A stretch of 64,000 nucleotides of DNA from positions 853,643-917,642 of the forward strand of contig CAJINV010000001.1 of NCBI GenBank assembly GCA_905178155.1, given 5' to 3'. Below are positions 38,334-51,383 of the stretch, piece by piece. The DNA is from Amoebophrya sp. A120. Lineage: Eukaryota > Protista > Dinoflagellata. Positions within the stretch are counted from its first letter, which is position 1. Every line of letters starts with the position of its first letter. The notes under the pieces were generated by a model. It searched no databases and was not told the DNA's origin. It saw only the letters and a program-made list of their open reading frames with translations. The translations under genes were made by a program, and so were the position numbers.

Positions 38334-40033
38334 TCATGCCCCACTCCGCGCCTCCAAAATCGCTTCCTCCAGCGAGCCGTCTCGCACGGCTTCGTTGATA
38401 ATGTCCAAACCGCCGATGAGTTCCCCCTTGATGTAGAGCTGCGGATAGGTCGGCCAATTGCTGTACTCCTTCAACTTTTGCCTGACCCACTCGTCGGTCA
38501 AAATGTCGAAGGTGTTGTACCCGGTTCTTCCGCAATACTCGTCCAGAACCGCCACTGCCTTCCGGCTGAACCCGCACTTCGGGTTACCCGGGTTGCCCTT
38601 CATAAACAGCATGACGGTAGACTGGTTCAACAAAGGCTCGAGTCTGTGCTTCATCTCCAGCTCATCTGGGGATAAGTTGTCCGGATTATTTTCATCTTCT
38701 TCGGGGGTAGAAGTTTTGAGGAGCTCCATTAACGACCCGTCGTCAGCCATTTCCTTCATGACGTCTAAACCACCCTGCAGTTCCGCATGAACGTAAAGCT
38801 GCGGGTACGTCGGCCACGCAGAATATTTCTTCAGGCCCTGGTGGGGATATGGAGAGTTTTTGGTTTGGTTAGAAGTACTGGCCCGGACCATGGCAGTACC
38901 AGTAGATGAGAAGACATCAAGGTATGGAGATACGATCAATTTTTTCTTTCAAAAAAATCCTGAGTATTAACCACGACAAACACAGACTGAACTCGTATTT
39001 CTATTTGGTGTCCTCGCGGTAAGTTGTGCTATCTTTCGAAAGGCTATGTACTGTAACATCAAACATATTGTTGTACCTGCCTAATCTCCTCGTCTTGTAG
39101 GATATCGAAGGTCGCGTAGGCTTTTTCTCCGATGAGATCGTTCAGCAGTGCCACCGCCTTCTTCGAAAACCCGCACTTCGGCTGGTCCTTGTTGCCCTTC
39201 ATGAATAAGACAACTTTCTCCTTGGAAATCTCCGCAGCGCACCGCGTGTCTAAAGCCGGATCTCCCGTGGTGCGGGAGCTGCTAGAGGTGGATCCCCCTG
39301 CAGATAGCGTGGAACCTGCGGCGGCTCCTGGGGTAGTTGGGGAAGTAACTTCTGCCAGTTCCAACTTTTCTCGGGGATACCTGGGGTTTGTCACCGTTCT
39401 AGTCGAGGAGGGTTTATCGTTAGCTGCTGCTCGGGAAGAGGGAAAAAAGAAACTGGTTTTGTTGCTGCTGGATGATAAAGATGTTGAATAAAACACGTGC
39501 CCCAACGCCTCCGCATGCAGAATGATCTGCGGAACGTTTGCCCCCGTGACCAATCCCCCACCAGATTGCTCCTGAAACGAAGCCGCTGCACGACCCGTCG
39601 TACTACTACCTCCTGGTCCACCTCTTTCGAGGAACACGACAGCGGGGAGGTGAGTGATTCGGGCTTTCACCTTTTTCTGCACCCAGTCCAATTCCTTCTC
39701 GGAAGAAAGCTTTAGAGAAAACGCCGACAGAGTTGTCCTGCGTATATTTCTACTCTTTGAAGTTGATGCTGTACTAGCTGCAGCAGAACTTTTCCTCGGT
39801 AGTCTGGAAACCACGCTCTCGCACTGCGCTCTCGCGCCAGCCGCGCAGTTGGCCGTCCAGAGTATCAGAACCGCGAGGTCGCTTTTTTCGGCTTTTTCTT
39901 CAAACTCCGCTTCGCCATTTGTTAGCGGGAGGATTTGCACGAAAGCCCGGCTTCCAGCAGTATCCTGTTCGTCTTCGGTGTCAGAGCCGCTGTCAGCGGC
40001 AGTCGAATCTCTCCCGAGAAGCCAAGACAACAT
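38334..40033 (-). CDS. Multidomain monothiol glutaredoxin (Grx3/4, PICOT type)
   Basis: Degenerate thioredoxin domain plus two LFMKG...PKCGFS...WPTYPQLY domains; GT-AG intron 38838-39076; start uncertain. Confidence 0.92.
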
Positions 40034-41102
40034 GTTTTCAGGTAGTCCTTTCGCGTCGTTAGCGTTAGGGGTGGGGTTACCGTACACTTTATTTCTTTTC
40101 AAGAAATTATCGCAATAAACCAAAGCGTGTCAAAAAGCAGCTAAGAGTGCTTGATGCGTCGCGACACTGCTCTCTGCCATATATCACTTCGAAAAAGTTC
40201 GAGTATGAAGGGGTGCTGTGATCGGAAAAAATATAAAGGTCCCACACGGTCTCGGTCGCTGCGGTTCAAATTTGTCAAACGAGAAAACTCAAACAATGGA
40301 TCGCAAAAAAAAGTGCGAGCCTGATGGCCAATTACTTTGTCCGTTGGAGATCGAGATCTTCGTTTTCTTTCGTACGAATAAAATACCGAGGTACAAGAGC
40401 ATTTTGGTTTCTAACACTACTGGATCTGTTATCCTTGTGTCATCAGGATTAAGCACGAACAAAACGCGAGCCTGGACCGGAAGATTTGAACTTATAGTTC
40501 AGGAGGAGTTCGTTTTCGTTTTGATTTGATTTGATATTGATTCCATATCCGTCATCCACATGTTGCTTTCGTGCATTACTTCCGTTTTGACATTAAGAGT
40601 TGGAGTGTCTTTGAGCCATGCGTTTCCGCGACTCTTGGCTGACTTTGCCTACGACTACAACCTGATCTGGCTTATACTCGAAATTTTCCAATTTCTTCGA
40701 AACAATCCTATCATAATCTTACATTTTAAGTGCTGGGCCCAAGCGCATCTTGCCTCCGCAGATGCAGGGCAACCCTATATTTTTTTTTGAAAATTCAAGA
40801 TGAAGATGAAAACATTCCGCTTCCAAGAAGTGGCTCTTTTCAAATCAAAGACATACGGAGAGCTGATTCTGATTGATGAGATTTCTATAAATTCTTCAAC
40901 ATAACAAACTTACCGGATCATTGTAAAAACATTGGCAGCAATGACATCACCATCTTCCTCACCCTCATCTTATGAACAAAACCTACATCTGTCTGTCTGT
41001 ATTCTCAACAAAAAAAATCGTGTAACGTAAGTACTTTCAGTCCGTCTATTTCAATTTCTTCACTACGCAGTACCGAGTGTGACGAATAACAATCTTTATC
41101 GC

Positions 41103-44100
41103 CTAGTTTTTGATGGCTTTGAGTTTCAGCGACAGCGAGTCGGGCTCGTCCGATACCATAATGAGTGCGAGGCCGAAGCAAATGGGCACCAAACCGTACA
41201 GCGCCTCTCCGGGAAGCTGCAAGAGGTGCTTGCCAGTCTCGCCGTCCTTGGGGTTGAACCTGATATTTATTGGGAATAGCGATAGCCAGCACATCATCTT
41301 ACTTGCATTTCTGCAGCAAATTCTGCGACTAAATGCCCTTAGAAAAGCGAAACGCAACGCCTGCAATCCGTCAACGAGCGAGTTGTATGAAAATCTACCC
41401 CGCCTCAATGAGTCCCGCCGTGAAAAGCATGGAGGCTGCAGTCTGCAGGACGGAATAAAACGCCACCTTCGACGCCGCTACCCGTGCAACCGCCCAGTTT
41501 TGAATCGCGTAGCAGGTGATCCCCGGCACAAACACCAGCCAGAGCACCAACCAAAGGCTGGGCAGGCGCCAGGGGTGCTGCATGCACTCCTTCTCGGCGG
41601 CGCACAGCTCGTGCAGCAACGTTGGCGCATGCCCATCGTTTACGAGAATCGCGAAAGCCTGAAGGGAATTCATATTTTTATTCTTGAGCGCATGCGTGAA
41701 GATGAACAAATAATCGGCAACAGCTCCTTATGCATCTAAACCTAAAAATTCCTAAAAAAGCGAGAAGAAGAAAGGCAAAAAAAACAATTTTTACCAGCGA
41801 CAGCACAGACGCACACACGTAGGAGTAGACGGTGATTTCTAGAGGCGTGAAGTGCTTCAGCAAACTTTTGCTGCCCACAATGTACATCGCGCCGCCAAGG
41901 TCGTTGAGCAGGAAGAGCCCGCACGCCACCAACGGCGGGGAGGACGCGAGGAGTGCCAGAAAGGTCGTGGGCACGGTGCTGTCGCTTTGGTCCTTCAACT
42001 TGTCGCGAATGAGCAGTTTCTGTTCTTCTTTTTCCTTGTTCAGAACGACGTCTTTATTCGCCTTCGCCGCTTTGCTGGACTTCTGCGCAAGTTTGGACTG
42101 TACGATCTCGACCGCCGTGGGAAGAACCTGTTGCTGCGGATCCTGCTTCTGGTTCTGCTGCTGCTCTTGCGCAATCAGGTTCTTGTCGTCCATCTGATAG
42201 GGTGAATCTTCATTTACTCCGCCGATATTCAACATTTCACCTCCTGCACGAGCGACGCGGCCTGTTGCGGCTGGGCCTTGCTTCATCACTGTTGTAGTCG
42301 CCGCAGCTGCAGGGGCTGTGCCCTGCTGCTCAGGCGCCGGGAATGTGTTGTTCAACGCACTACGCTGTTCGAACGTGAACGTGAGCTCCCGGTTCAAGCG
42401 CTGTAGCGGCTTCTTCGCACTGATATCCTCCAATCCCATGGTCCTTTCGACTTGCAATTCATCAGGGGAATCCGGCACCGCCGCCGTCCCGTTTCCACCG
42501 TCAAAACCCAAAGCGGGGTTGGGTGAAGCATCTGGCAAGTGAACTCGTTCATTATTTGTTCCAACGTTTATTTGTTGGTGCTCGTCCTGCTGCTGCTGCT
42601 GCTGCTGCGAGTTCGGGTTTTCCCTGCGCGTCGCATCGAGGATAAGGTCGGGTCCCGCCGGGTTGTTCCGTTGAACAAAAGAAGCATCTTCTTCTTCACC
42701 TCCGAAGCTCCTATCAGCGAACCCTTTATTTTCATCCCGTCGCCGGGCGGCCGATTTCATTGCGCGAAGTTGTTGCAGCAACGAGAGCCACTTTTCCTTT
42801 TGCTTTTCGCGCGCCTCACGGTCAATTTCGGTTTCCCGCAAGTTATTAAACGTGTTGCTGTTCGTAATTTCCTCGACTTGTAAAAAGCTCGTCGTGGTAC
42901 TACCTTCAGGAAGCGATCGCGATGCGGATGCCGCTTTCCTATTATCGTTATCCAGCAATGAGGACGTCGAAAAGCTTTCCATTTCCGATTGCTCGGAAGA
43001 GGAAGAGCCCGAGCCGTCTGGGGAACCACTACTTCCACCATTCGTCACCGGCGAGGAGGAAGATTTCGCGTTGTCGAGCACGTTCTGGAATTCGCGCACG
43101 AGCTTGCGCTTTTGCTTGTCCGTGAACATGGGACGGCGCTGCAGCAGGGAATTCATGGCTTGATACGGTTTGCTGTTCGTGTTCGTGTTCGTGTTCATCT
43201 TCAGTTGTTGGGAAAGCAAATCCTGCTGCTCGTTCATTACGTCATTGTGCAAGCCCGTAATTTCCCCGCGTTCTGCCAGTAGTTCATCTTCGAGATTTTT
43301 CTGACCTGCGGGACGAGAACTTGCGAGATGAGCAGTCGTGTCGTAGCCGGGGTCATCATCTCCTCTCGGCACAGTCCCCTCGGACGACGTCCTCCACGCG
43401 GCTCCTTCACGTCGATGGGACAAGCCATCCGCTTCATTTTCTCCCGCAACTTCCTCTTGCCGCGCAGCTTGTTCGGCGCCGTTGTCATCTTCTAATGCCA
43501 ACTCACTGCCTCGACGCCCGTTCTGAAGATCTTGACTCATTTTCTGACTTGTTTGACCAACCGAAGCTGCGTTCTTGTTCTTCATCCCGCGCTGGTCGTG
43601 CTGCTGTTCACTACTCATCTTCTTCGTGTCGACCATGTAAGACAGCAGTTCGCGCTCTAACTCGTCCATCTGCTGGTCACCTTCTTTCCGCAACGTCTGC
43701 TCCACATGTTGCTCCTGTAGTTCGACGTCCTGGCGGCGGGAATTCATCTCGAGCTCCGGCATTTTCTGCAGCTCCACCCCTGCAGCAACTTTTCGATCGG
43801 GATTGTGTGGTTGTTCCTGACCTTGTTCCACCAACTCAGGCATCCCTGCAGAAGGAGGCGCTCGGGAGGTCTTGCGCGCTCCTGGTTCTGTCACTGTCTC
43901 AAGAGCAGCCTTTTCTGCACCCGCGCCGGCCGCAACTCCGGAGCCTGTGGTCTTTGCTGTTGTAGACGGGTCGTGGGCCGGCATTTTTGCATCCACGTTG
44001 TGGGCAGTCACTGCTGGTGGTGAAGATGCAACAGATGAAGGGGCCACCGCGAAGGCGATGCTAGTGGTCTTTTTAATATTTTTCGGGTGAGGACCACCTT

Positions 44101-46327
44101 CATGCAATCCCGCTGCGAGTTGGACAGCACCTCGCTCCACCAAGTGGTCCAATGCAGGAGTTCCAGAAGCGACCGTCGCGGCACTTGCAGCAGCGGCCGT
44201 GCTCTTCTGCGATTTCGGCGTGACGAAGATCGCAGGGCGGCGGTGGAAAAAAAAACCGCTCAGCTCGTCGCTGCTGCGGAAAATCATGTAGGTCGCGCCG
44301 ATGATGCCCAGCAAGATCCCCACCACCTTCGGGACGGTGATGCGCTCGGTGCGCACGATACAGCTGGTGATAAACAGGGTGCAAATGGGGCACCAGGGCT
44401 GAAACGCGGTCCCAATCACCGCCCCGGCGGGCCCGTACACCTTCACGCCCAGAATGCAAAACATCTGCGCAGCCCAGAGACAGGTGGCCACCGGCGCGAT
44501 GTGGATGATTTTTCCGAAGTTCGACAGCGGGTGCGGCCGGGGAGAGTAGTTATTTGCGGAAGCGACGAGGCCCCCTGGAGGAGCTCCTCCTCGTCGGCCA
44601 CTGTAGCTCTTGTAGGCATGTTGCACTAGTACTCCCCCGTTTTGATGTTCTTGCATGTTGAGCTCGTGCGCACGTTGCTGTTGCCCGCCAGGTGAGAACA
44701 GCGATAGCGCGTGTTGATCGTAACTGCCAGTGAAATCATCATCGTCAACATCACTCAACATCTCCTGTCCGTCCCAATGAATCCTGTCCACACCGTGGTC
44801 GTGCCGATTCTTGATACCACTATGTTGGCCCGTCGTCTCGGAGTTGTCCCACCGCACGCGCGACAAAAGTTGGTGGCCCCCGCGGCCGATGCCACCACTC
44901 CTTCCCCGCGTCTGAATCTGATTCGCGGCCTCCGGATCTGCGAGGAAATCCTCGTCGTCGTCGTCGTCATCCTCGATAAAATCCTGGTTCATTGCATTCG
45001 GGTCAAACCGCGCAATGCCGATGTGATCGCTCTCCTCGGTGAGTAGGATCTCTTCGCCATCCTGCGGGAGGAGAGAAGAACTCCGATCTTCGTCGTAGGC
45101 GGGTGCAAGGATGGTGGTGCCGCGGCTTCGGCTGCGGTTGTCCTCGCGGTTTGTTGTAATCTTATTCCGTGCAGATGCACTTGCCGATCGACCTCGGTAG
45201 TTGCAGTTCTCCTTCTGCTCGTCGTGGATAACGTGGCCGTAGCGCGAAGAAGTACAACTAGAGCCCCCGCCAACTTCGGTGCGTTCCGGCGCGTCAGATT
45301 TTTCGTCGTCGTTCTTTTCCTCGAGGTTGTAGGTGGAAGTTCTTGCGCCGCTAGTACCAAAAAACCGCCCGCCCTGTGGAAATGATGTTTGTTGACCGTG
45401 GTACAACGGTTGCGCTTCTTCCCGATTTTGGCCCCCCTCGTCCACCAGCTGCTGCACGTCGTCATGAAGCCGGCGGCCCCGCCCCTGCTCGTCTGTGAAA
45501 AGAACTCGGTCGTCCCTCGAGCTCGGTCGCCGCCGATCATTCCCGGAGGTTCGTCCCTTCGGCGCTGCTCCAATGGACGACGACCGATTATACGCTCGCG
45601 CAGAAGTTGTAGAGCTGTAAACGGCGTGGTATCCGGGGCTGCCTCTGCGCGTCGTCCGATGCTGCCCGGCAGCACTTGTCGGCGGGGAAGATGCCAGCGT
45701 GTGCGATGACCGGCACCGACCGGCGGCCAAATTACGGTGCGCATCGTTGCTCCCTTGCAGCTGCATTTTAAACGAACTACTGCCAACTCGGCCGAATCGT
45801 TTCTGACTGCGTCCAAAGCCGCGGAAATTTTCCCCTCTGTTCATTGTAGAGCCTGATGCCGGCGACTCACTTCCGTCGTACCGGTCCAAGCAGTGCTGGT
45901 GGTTTTTCGAGGAGTGCTTGACAACGGTAACGCGGTCATCTGCGCTGTCTTCCGCGTAGTTGCCCTTGCCGCCATTATCATTTTCATGATCTTCCGGGTA
46001 GTACAGAAATGTACTAGAGGTGCCGTTCTTCATACCATTCCCCGCTCCTGCGCCTTTGCTGTTTTTCCGGCTGTTGCTGTTCTCGCCTCCACCGGGCTTG
46101 TAGCTTCCGCCCCCTCGCGCGAGCCCACCCGGTTGGGAGGAGAGGTACCACAGGTAGAGGCAGAGCACCACGGCCGCGCCCGCCTCGCGAGCGAGACAGA
46201 GCGTGAGTGGGTTCAAATTGGGCAGGAACAGCTTGTACAAGACCATAGACACCCCGAACAGGCACTGTTGGAGGACCAGCCCGGCGTGCGCAGTATACAC
46301 CTCTCCGCAGCACCACGACATCTTCAT
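41103..46327 (-). CDS. EamA/DMT-family transporter with very large low-complexity insertions
   Basis: PLTLCLARE, PICTLFIT...ERIT..KVVGI.LGI.G, YAIQNWAVARV.AS.V.FY..LQ; two GT-AG introns (41659-41794 and about 41260-41398). Confidence 0.85.
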
Positions 46328-46941
46328 GCATAGCGGGAGCGGTTTACCGTTACCGAAGTGGTCGAAACATATTAATTCAGTCTATGGAATCTTGTTCGCG
46401 TGGAAAGCTTCAGACGACAATTAAGCCGCGGAATTCATGGCGATGGATTGGAGGTTTCTAGAAAATTACTTCACCTGCAGCAGGAACTACTTAGGTGACC
46501 ACGCGTGCCCAATTTGTTATCTTTACTGCTCTGTGAGGTTTCCTCTTCGCCCCTCTACTGCACAACTCACGAAGGCTGCTTCAACATTTTTCCCATACAA
46601 CACACTAGCGGCTAGTAGCCGCCACCCCCTCCTCTATGGCACCCTGAAAACTGCTCCCAAATAGCACGGGCAGTTGGAATACAAACAAGAAACGCAATTT
46701 CTATGAACAGACAACATAGGTATCAGATTGCACACGTGTGGTGAAATATCGGTCTGGAAACCTCCAGCGCTTTATGTTCATTTGGATCGTCATCACCCCG
46801 TGTGCGTGTGGTGGTAAAAGACAGAAGAACTTCTGCGCCTCATCTCCAGAGGCAACACACAGGTTGTACGACTCAGATTCAAATCGAAACGCAAATAAGT
46901 TACGAACCTGCCGGCGCCACCTGCGCACATCAATTCTTGAC

Positions 46942-48535
46942 TCACAAGTTGATTTTCGCCGCCCCCTGTTTCCCGTCCTCGTAGGCGGTCTTTTTGCTAC
47001 CACTTCCGGCGACCACCATGCCGAGAGCAGGCCCGTTCTGTTGTTGTCCTGCCGGAAGATGTTGGTCCGGCTTCAACGCACGAGGTGGCGCAGGAACAAC
47101 GGCAGCTGTAGTACTCGCACCGTCCTCTCCCGCAACCACCTCTTGTTGCTCCACGTCCATTTCCGAGCCCGCCGGCTCGGACGCCGCCGCCGCCGTCGCC
47201 GCCTGCTGCTGCGCCCGCTCGTGCTTTCGCTTCCACAGTTCGAGCAGGAAATGCCGCTCCGTGGTGGTGATGTCGCGACTGTCAATTTTTTCCAACCGCG
47301 ACGCGGAGAGAATCAGAGGCTCCTGGTACTTTTTGTCGGCCACGGTACAGGGGTTCGGGTGGATGGTCAGGATGGTCAACTCATTTGCCGGCAACTGCTC
47401 TACCACCGCGGGCAGGTTGTCAATTTCGTTGTGCTCGCAGTGCAAACTCTTCAAATTGCGCAGGCAGCTCAGCGCGGACAAGTCCAGGAGCCGGCAGTGG
47501 GTGACGTCCAGAAATTCCAGGGAGTGCGCGACGCCCGAGAGCCGCAACGTGGTCAGAAAGGGGTTTCGGGAAAGCGACAGCCACGAAAGCCGGTCGGCGC
47601 GTGTGAAGAACATGCGGTCCTGCGAAAAATCCAATTCTTCCAACTTGTTAGAACTCAAATTCAGCGTGCGGAGCTGCGCGGCTTCGATCACCAGCTTGCT
47701 TGGCTGCTGATGTTCTGTGTTACTTTTTTGCGAAGTAGTCGGACCAGGTTTCGCCGGCGGTACAACTGCTGCAGCCTCACTCGCCGTCGTCTCTCCACCA
47801 GCTGCGCCCTCTGTCGTTGACGTTCCTGCATCTGGGTCTTCCTCAGCAGCAGTTGTGCTTCCAGCATGCTCTTCCGCCTTTTCCCTATCCCTACTCGCGT
47901 TGATTACTGCGCTGATCGCGTCTTTCTGTGCGGCGGAAAGGAATATTCGGTCCCAATCGAATCGATACAGGTCATTGTGCTGCAAGTACAGCAGTTCCAG
48001 CTTCAGCGGCAGAACGTCCACGCGGAGCAACGCATTTTCGTACGCGTACAAAACCCGCACATTCGGAAGTTGCTCGGCGAACGATTCACCAAAGCGCGTG
48101 ATACCCAGCTCCTCGAGGTGCAGGTGCGAAATCCGCCGCAGCCACCCCTTTACGCTCTCGTCCTTCCCGCGCTTCACCTAAAGTTTGGTTTATGGTTTTG
48201 CTGTTCGTTGTTGAAGATCACTGAACATCTTCTCGCCATGCTTCCTCATGCAAGGGCGTCGGGCTAATTGGCATCATTGGGGAACAACCTCGTAGTACTA
48301 CGTAGTACTACCACGTCATGGTCGTCACATCGCACTAGGTGCACTAAGATTCACAATTCCTCAAAAAAAAAACTACCGTGTTCACCCGTTTCTTCAGCAT
48401 GGACATGGTCAGCGTCCGTGCGTCGATGGGCTGGATCGTAGTGTCTTGCACCTCAGTCATTTCCGAAGACCCGGATACCAAACTGGTCATCCCAGTCAAC
48501 GGCTGCGTGCTCGTGATGCCACTGGTGTCCGTCAT
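46942..48535 (-). CDS. Leucine-rich repeat protein, PPP1R42/LRRC67-like
   Basis: LTMSMLKK...|VKRGKDESVKGWLRRISHLHL, LRRs, NPC...YQE cap; GT-AG intron 48178-48376. Confidence 0.75.
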
Positions 48536-49347
48536 TGTTTCTGCGAGGTGGGTAAGGTGGAAATGACCACAGGCACGGTCCCTCGCCTCGCCACAATTGC
48601 ACCACGTTTCTCTGTCGGCAAAGAAAGCAATAGCTGCCCTTTTCTAGTGACGTCATTTGCAGTGATTTTGTTTCTGACGCTTGCAAACAGAAATAAGCAA
48701 CAAATCAGGACGCTCGTCTCAACGATAACCAAAGACACTCATAACTTGCACGGTGGCACGACGGTCAGATGATGCAAGAATTTCATTATTTCTGTAAATA
48801 AAGACGTAGCAGGCACTCGTTCTCTCACACCATCAGGTGGGTGCAAGCTCATACGGTGTTGCAATCCACCTATTTTTGTCTCGAGAGTCATAGGCAAAAA
48901 GAAAAGAGTCGTCATCGGGAAAACGCGCAGGGGGCTCTCGCAGAAAGTCGGCCTAGGCAGTGGACAAGGGTCTGGAATCTGATCGATCGATCCATGTCCC
49001 CGTTGACCGGTTTTCTTCTTTCAGACCTTCTGATATACCATTACTACTTCATTGAAATTATACAGAGTCATTGTATCGAAATTCATCTTGAAACAAAAAA
49101 AAACGCAGTTGCTTCTTGGAAACAACTGCCCCCACCTCGCGACTTCTATCTTTCCTTTCTCAAAGCAGCTTAAAAAACTTCGCGCCATGCTTTGGTGACG
49201 TCCAATTTTTCATCATACCCATACGGAAACATAAAAAACGCAATACTTTTTCACTTAGCTGGTTGCAAAAAAAAACTACGTACATACTTCGACCTCACCA
49301 AAAAGATGAACAAGCGACTACTATAAGAATCGCCTTCTCTACGACTC

Positions 49348-49600
49348 TATCAAATGCAAAAATGTCTGGGTCTGGAAGATTTTGAGATTTGTCATGCTTG
49401 TCTGGCATGACCAAAAAGTTTGTGATGTGTGTCCAAGAAGAGACCCTTTTGCCTGTCATGCAAAAACGCAGTCTGTCATGCGAAAAACGCAACACAAAGA
49501 AGCGCAGCTATTTCTCATGCTTGCCTGTGCATTACAGAGCATTCACTATTCCCAACGCAGCATTACAAGTTTCCAGACCCAGACATTTTTGCAATGCATA
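49348..49600. mobile_element. Introner-like element, family B, apparently in the 3'UTR
   Basis: TIR core AAAAATGTCTGGGTCTGGAA; DR GACTC; lies 8 nt after the predicted stop (49609-49611). Confidence 0.88.
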
Positions 49601-49608
49601 GACTCCTT

Positions 49609-50928
49609 CTACGACAGTGTCATCGCGGTTCTCGCAGCGGCCACCATAGCCAGCGCCCCCTTGGTCAACGAGTAGGCTTTATGGATTGCAAAAGTGTCTG
49701 GGTCTGGAAGATTCTAAACTTGTAATGCTGTCGCTGGATTCTAAAAAAATTTGTATTGCATGACCAGCAGCAAGGGGACTCCAGTGTGTGCTACGCGGAA
49801 AGGGCATTTCTCATGCGGTAGAGGCATCACAAAGCCCCCTAAAAATATGTGATGCTAGGGCATGCATCATAGATATCATGGGTCATTCAAAATATGCATG
49901 ACAAACCTGGCAATCATCCAGACCCAGACACTTTTGCAGTTCATAGGCTTGCTGCTGCTCGGTCTTCATCAGGGTGCTGGTTCGCAAATACTGGACCGCC
50001 GCCGTGCTGCCCACCGCCACCTGGGCTAGACCACTAGTCGACGCGACAAAAACCACCGGCGGACCGCAGATGGCCGCGGGCGACCCATTGGCGGCATCGA
50101 AGCTGGCGTGCTCCGAGTCGGCCCGCAGCCGCAGCCCCTGCGTCACTTTGCCGACTGTGATGGAGAGGTATGGAACAAAAGCGGAAAAACAAAAAAGCTC
50201 TCCATAATTGGGCCCCCAAACCCCTCATTCGCTGAAATGCTGCTGCTGTTGCTGCTCCTTCTGTGCAAAAAAAAATACTTAAACAAACGGTGCAGAGATT
50301 ACAGAACAATTCGCAGCGCAACTCAAGACACACGGGGTCGGGAAACAACGGAAGCAGCTTTATTCCTGTGCGCGGTTCATACCACGGACCGATCGGTGCC
50401 GGCGGCGACGTTGAAGAAATCGGCCAGGGTCGCCGGGCTGCTTGCCTCCAGGGCGACGGGCCCGGTTGCGTTCATGGTCGGGGTGTAGACGTTGGTGCCG
50501 TCCGCCTTAGTCGTTTCGGGATCGAGCCCGCCAAGGACCGCGTAAGTGCCGTCCGACTTCTGGTACTCCAGGAACATACTCTTCGTCAAAGCGGCGTCCG
50601 CATCCCCCACGTTTTTGATGGTGATGTATTTCACGTCCTGCGTCTGAGTGAACGAAATTCTGACCTCCTCGTCTGCGGGCGCAGAATCCGCATTTGCGTT
50701 CGGGTTGCCGAGAGCCGTGTAGCGGCTCTGGTAGTCGGTGGCATTCGTGATGGCGCAGGTCACGTTGTTTACTTCCGTGGGCTGCGTAACCGAGAACGCA
50801 TCCGCAGCCAACTGCTCCACCTCGGCGGCACTGCCTTGGCCCGCCACAAATACCGGGGAGGAGGAGAGCTGTCCGAATGTGAGCAGCTTTGCGGCGAGGG
50901 AAACGCACCGGAACTGCGACATCATCAT
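49609..50928 (-). CDS. Hypothetical secreted or surface protein
   Basis: Signal-like N-terminus; 183-aa ORF joined to 49883-50146 by a putative intron 50168-50382; last exon follows element 49680-49945. Confidence 0.55.
49680..49945. mobile_element. Introner-like element, family B
   Basis: TIR core TGCAAAAGTGTCTGGGTCTGGA; DR GGCTT. Confidence 0.92.
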
Positions 50929-51383
50929 TTTGGAGGATAAACAAACGAAAATCGAGAAATACTCTTTTCGGCCTCCTTCCGCCGATTTACTTAACTTGAC
51001 AGAAGAGAAGAAAATCTTTAGATTCCTCTACCGCTTTCACTCATGCACTATTCTCTCTGCGCGCATGCTCGCTCTGGATACGATCCGGCTTAGGCTTTTG
51101 ATTTTGATGAATAGCAATGATGTACGCGCTAGACTGCGCGTGAGCAGGCGTTTCTACCTTGCACGACTGCTAAGGATCGCAAAAACAGGAGCTCCTGCAC
51201 GTGCGCGCTCGAACTCTCAGTCACTCCCTGGTAAATGCTGTCAAGCAACACGCGACACTGCGGACGGGCAAATTTCCCTTCAACAAACAAGCTTCGGTAA
51301 GTGTTGGGAAGAATTGTCAAGAATCTCACTTTTCAACAATTTTTCCCACCCAAGAAATCGCTGCGTTGGTTCGCATAGCGAAA

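Noticed and set aside
40608-40620. Dinoflagellate spliced-leader relic (TTGAGCCA)
   Set aside because: Match too short and not adjacent to a start codon.
46738-47820. Long plus-strand ORFs here and opposite other genes
   Set aside because: Antisense shadows of GC-rich minus-strand coding sequence.
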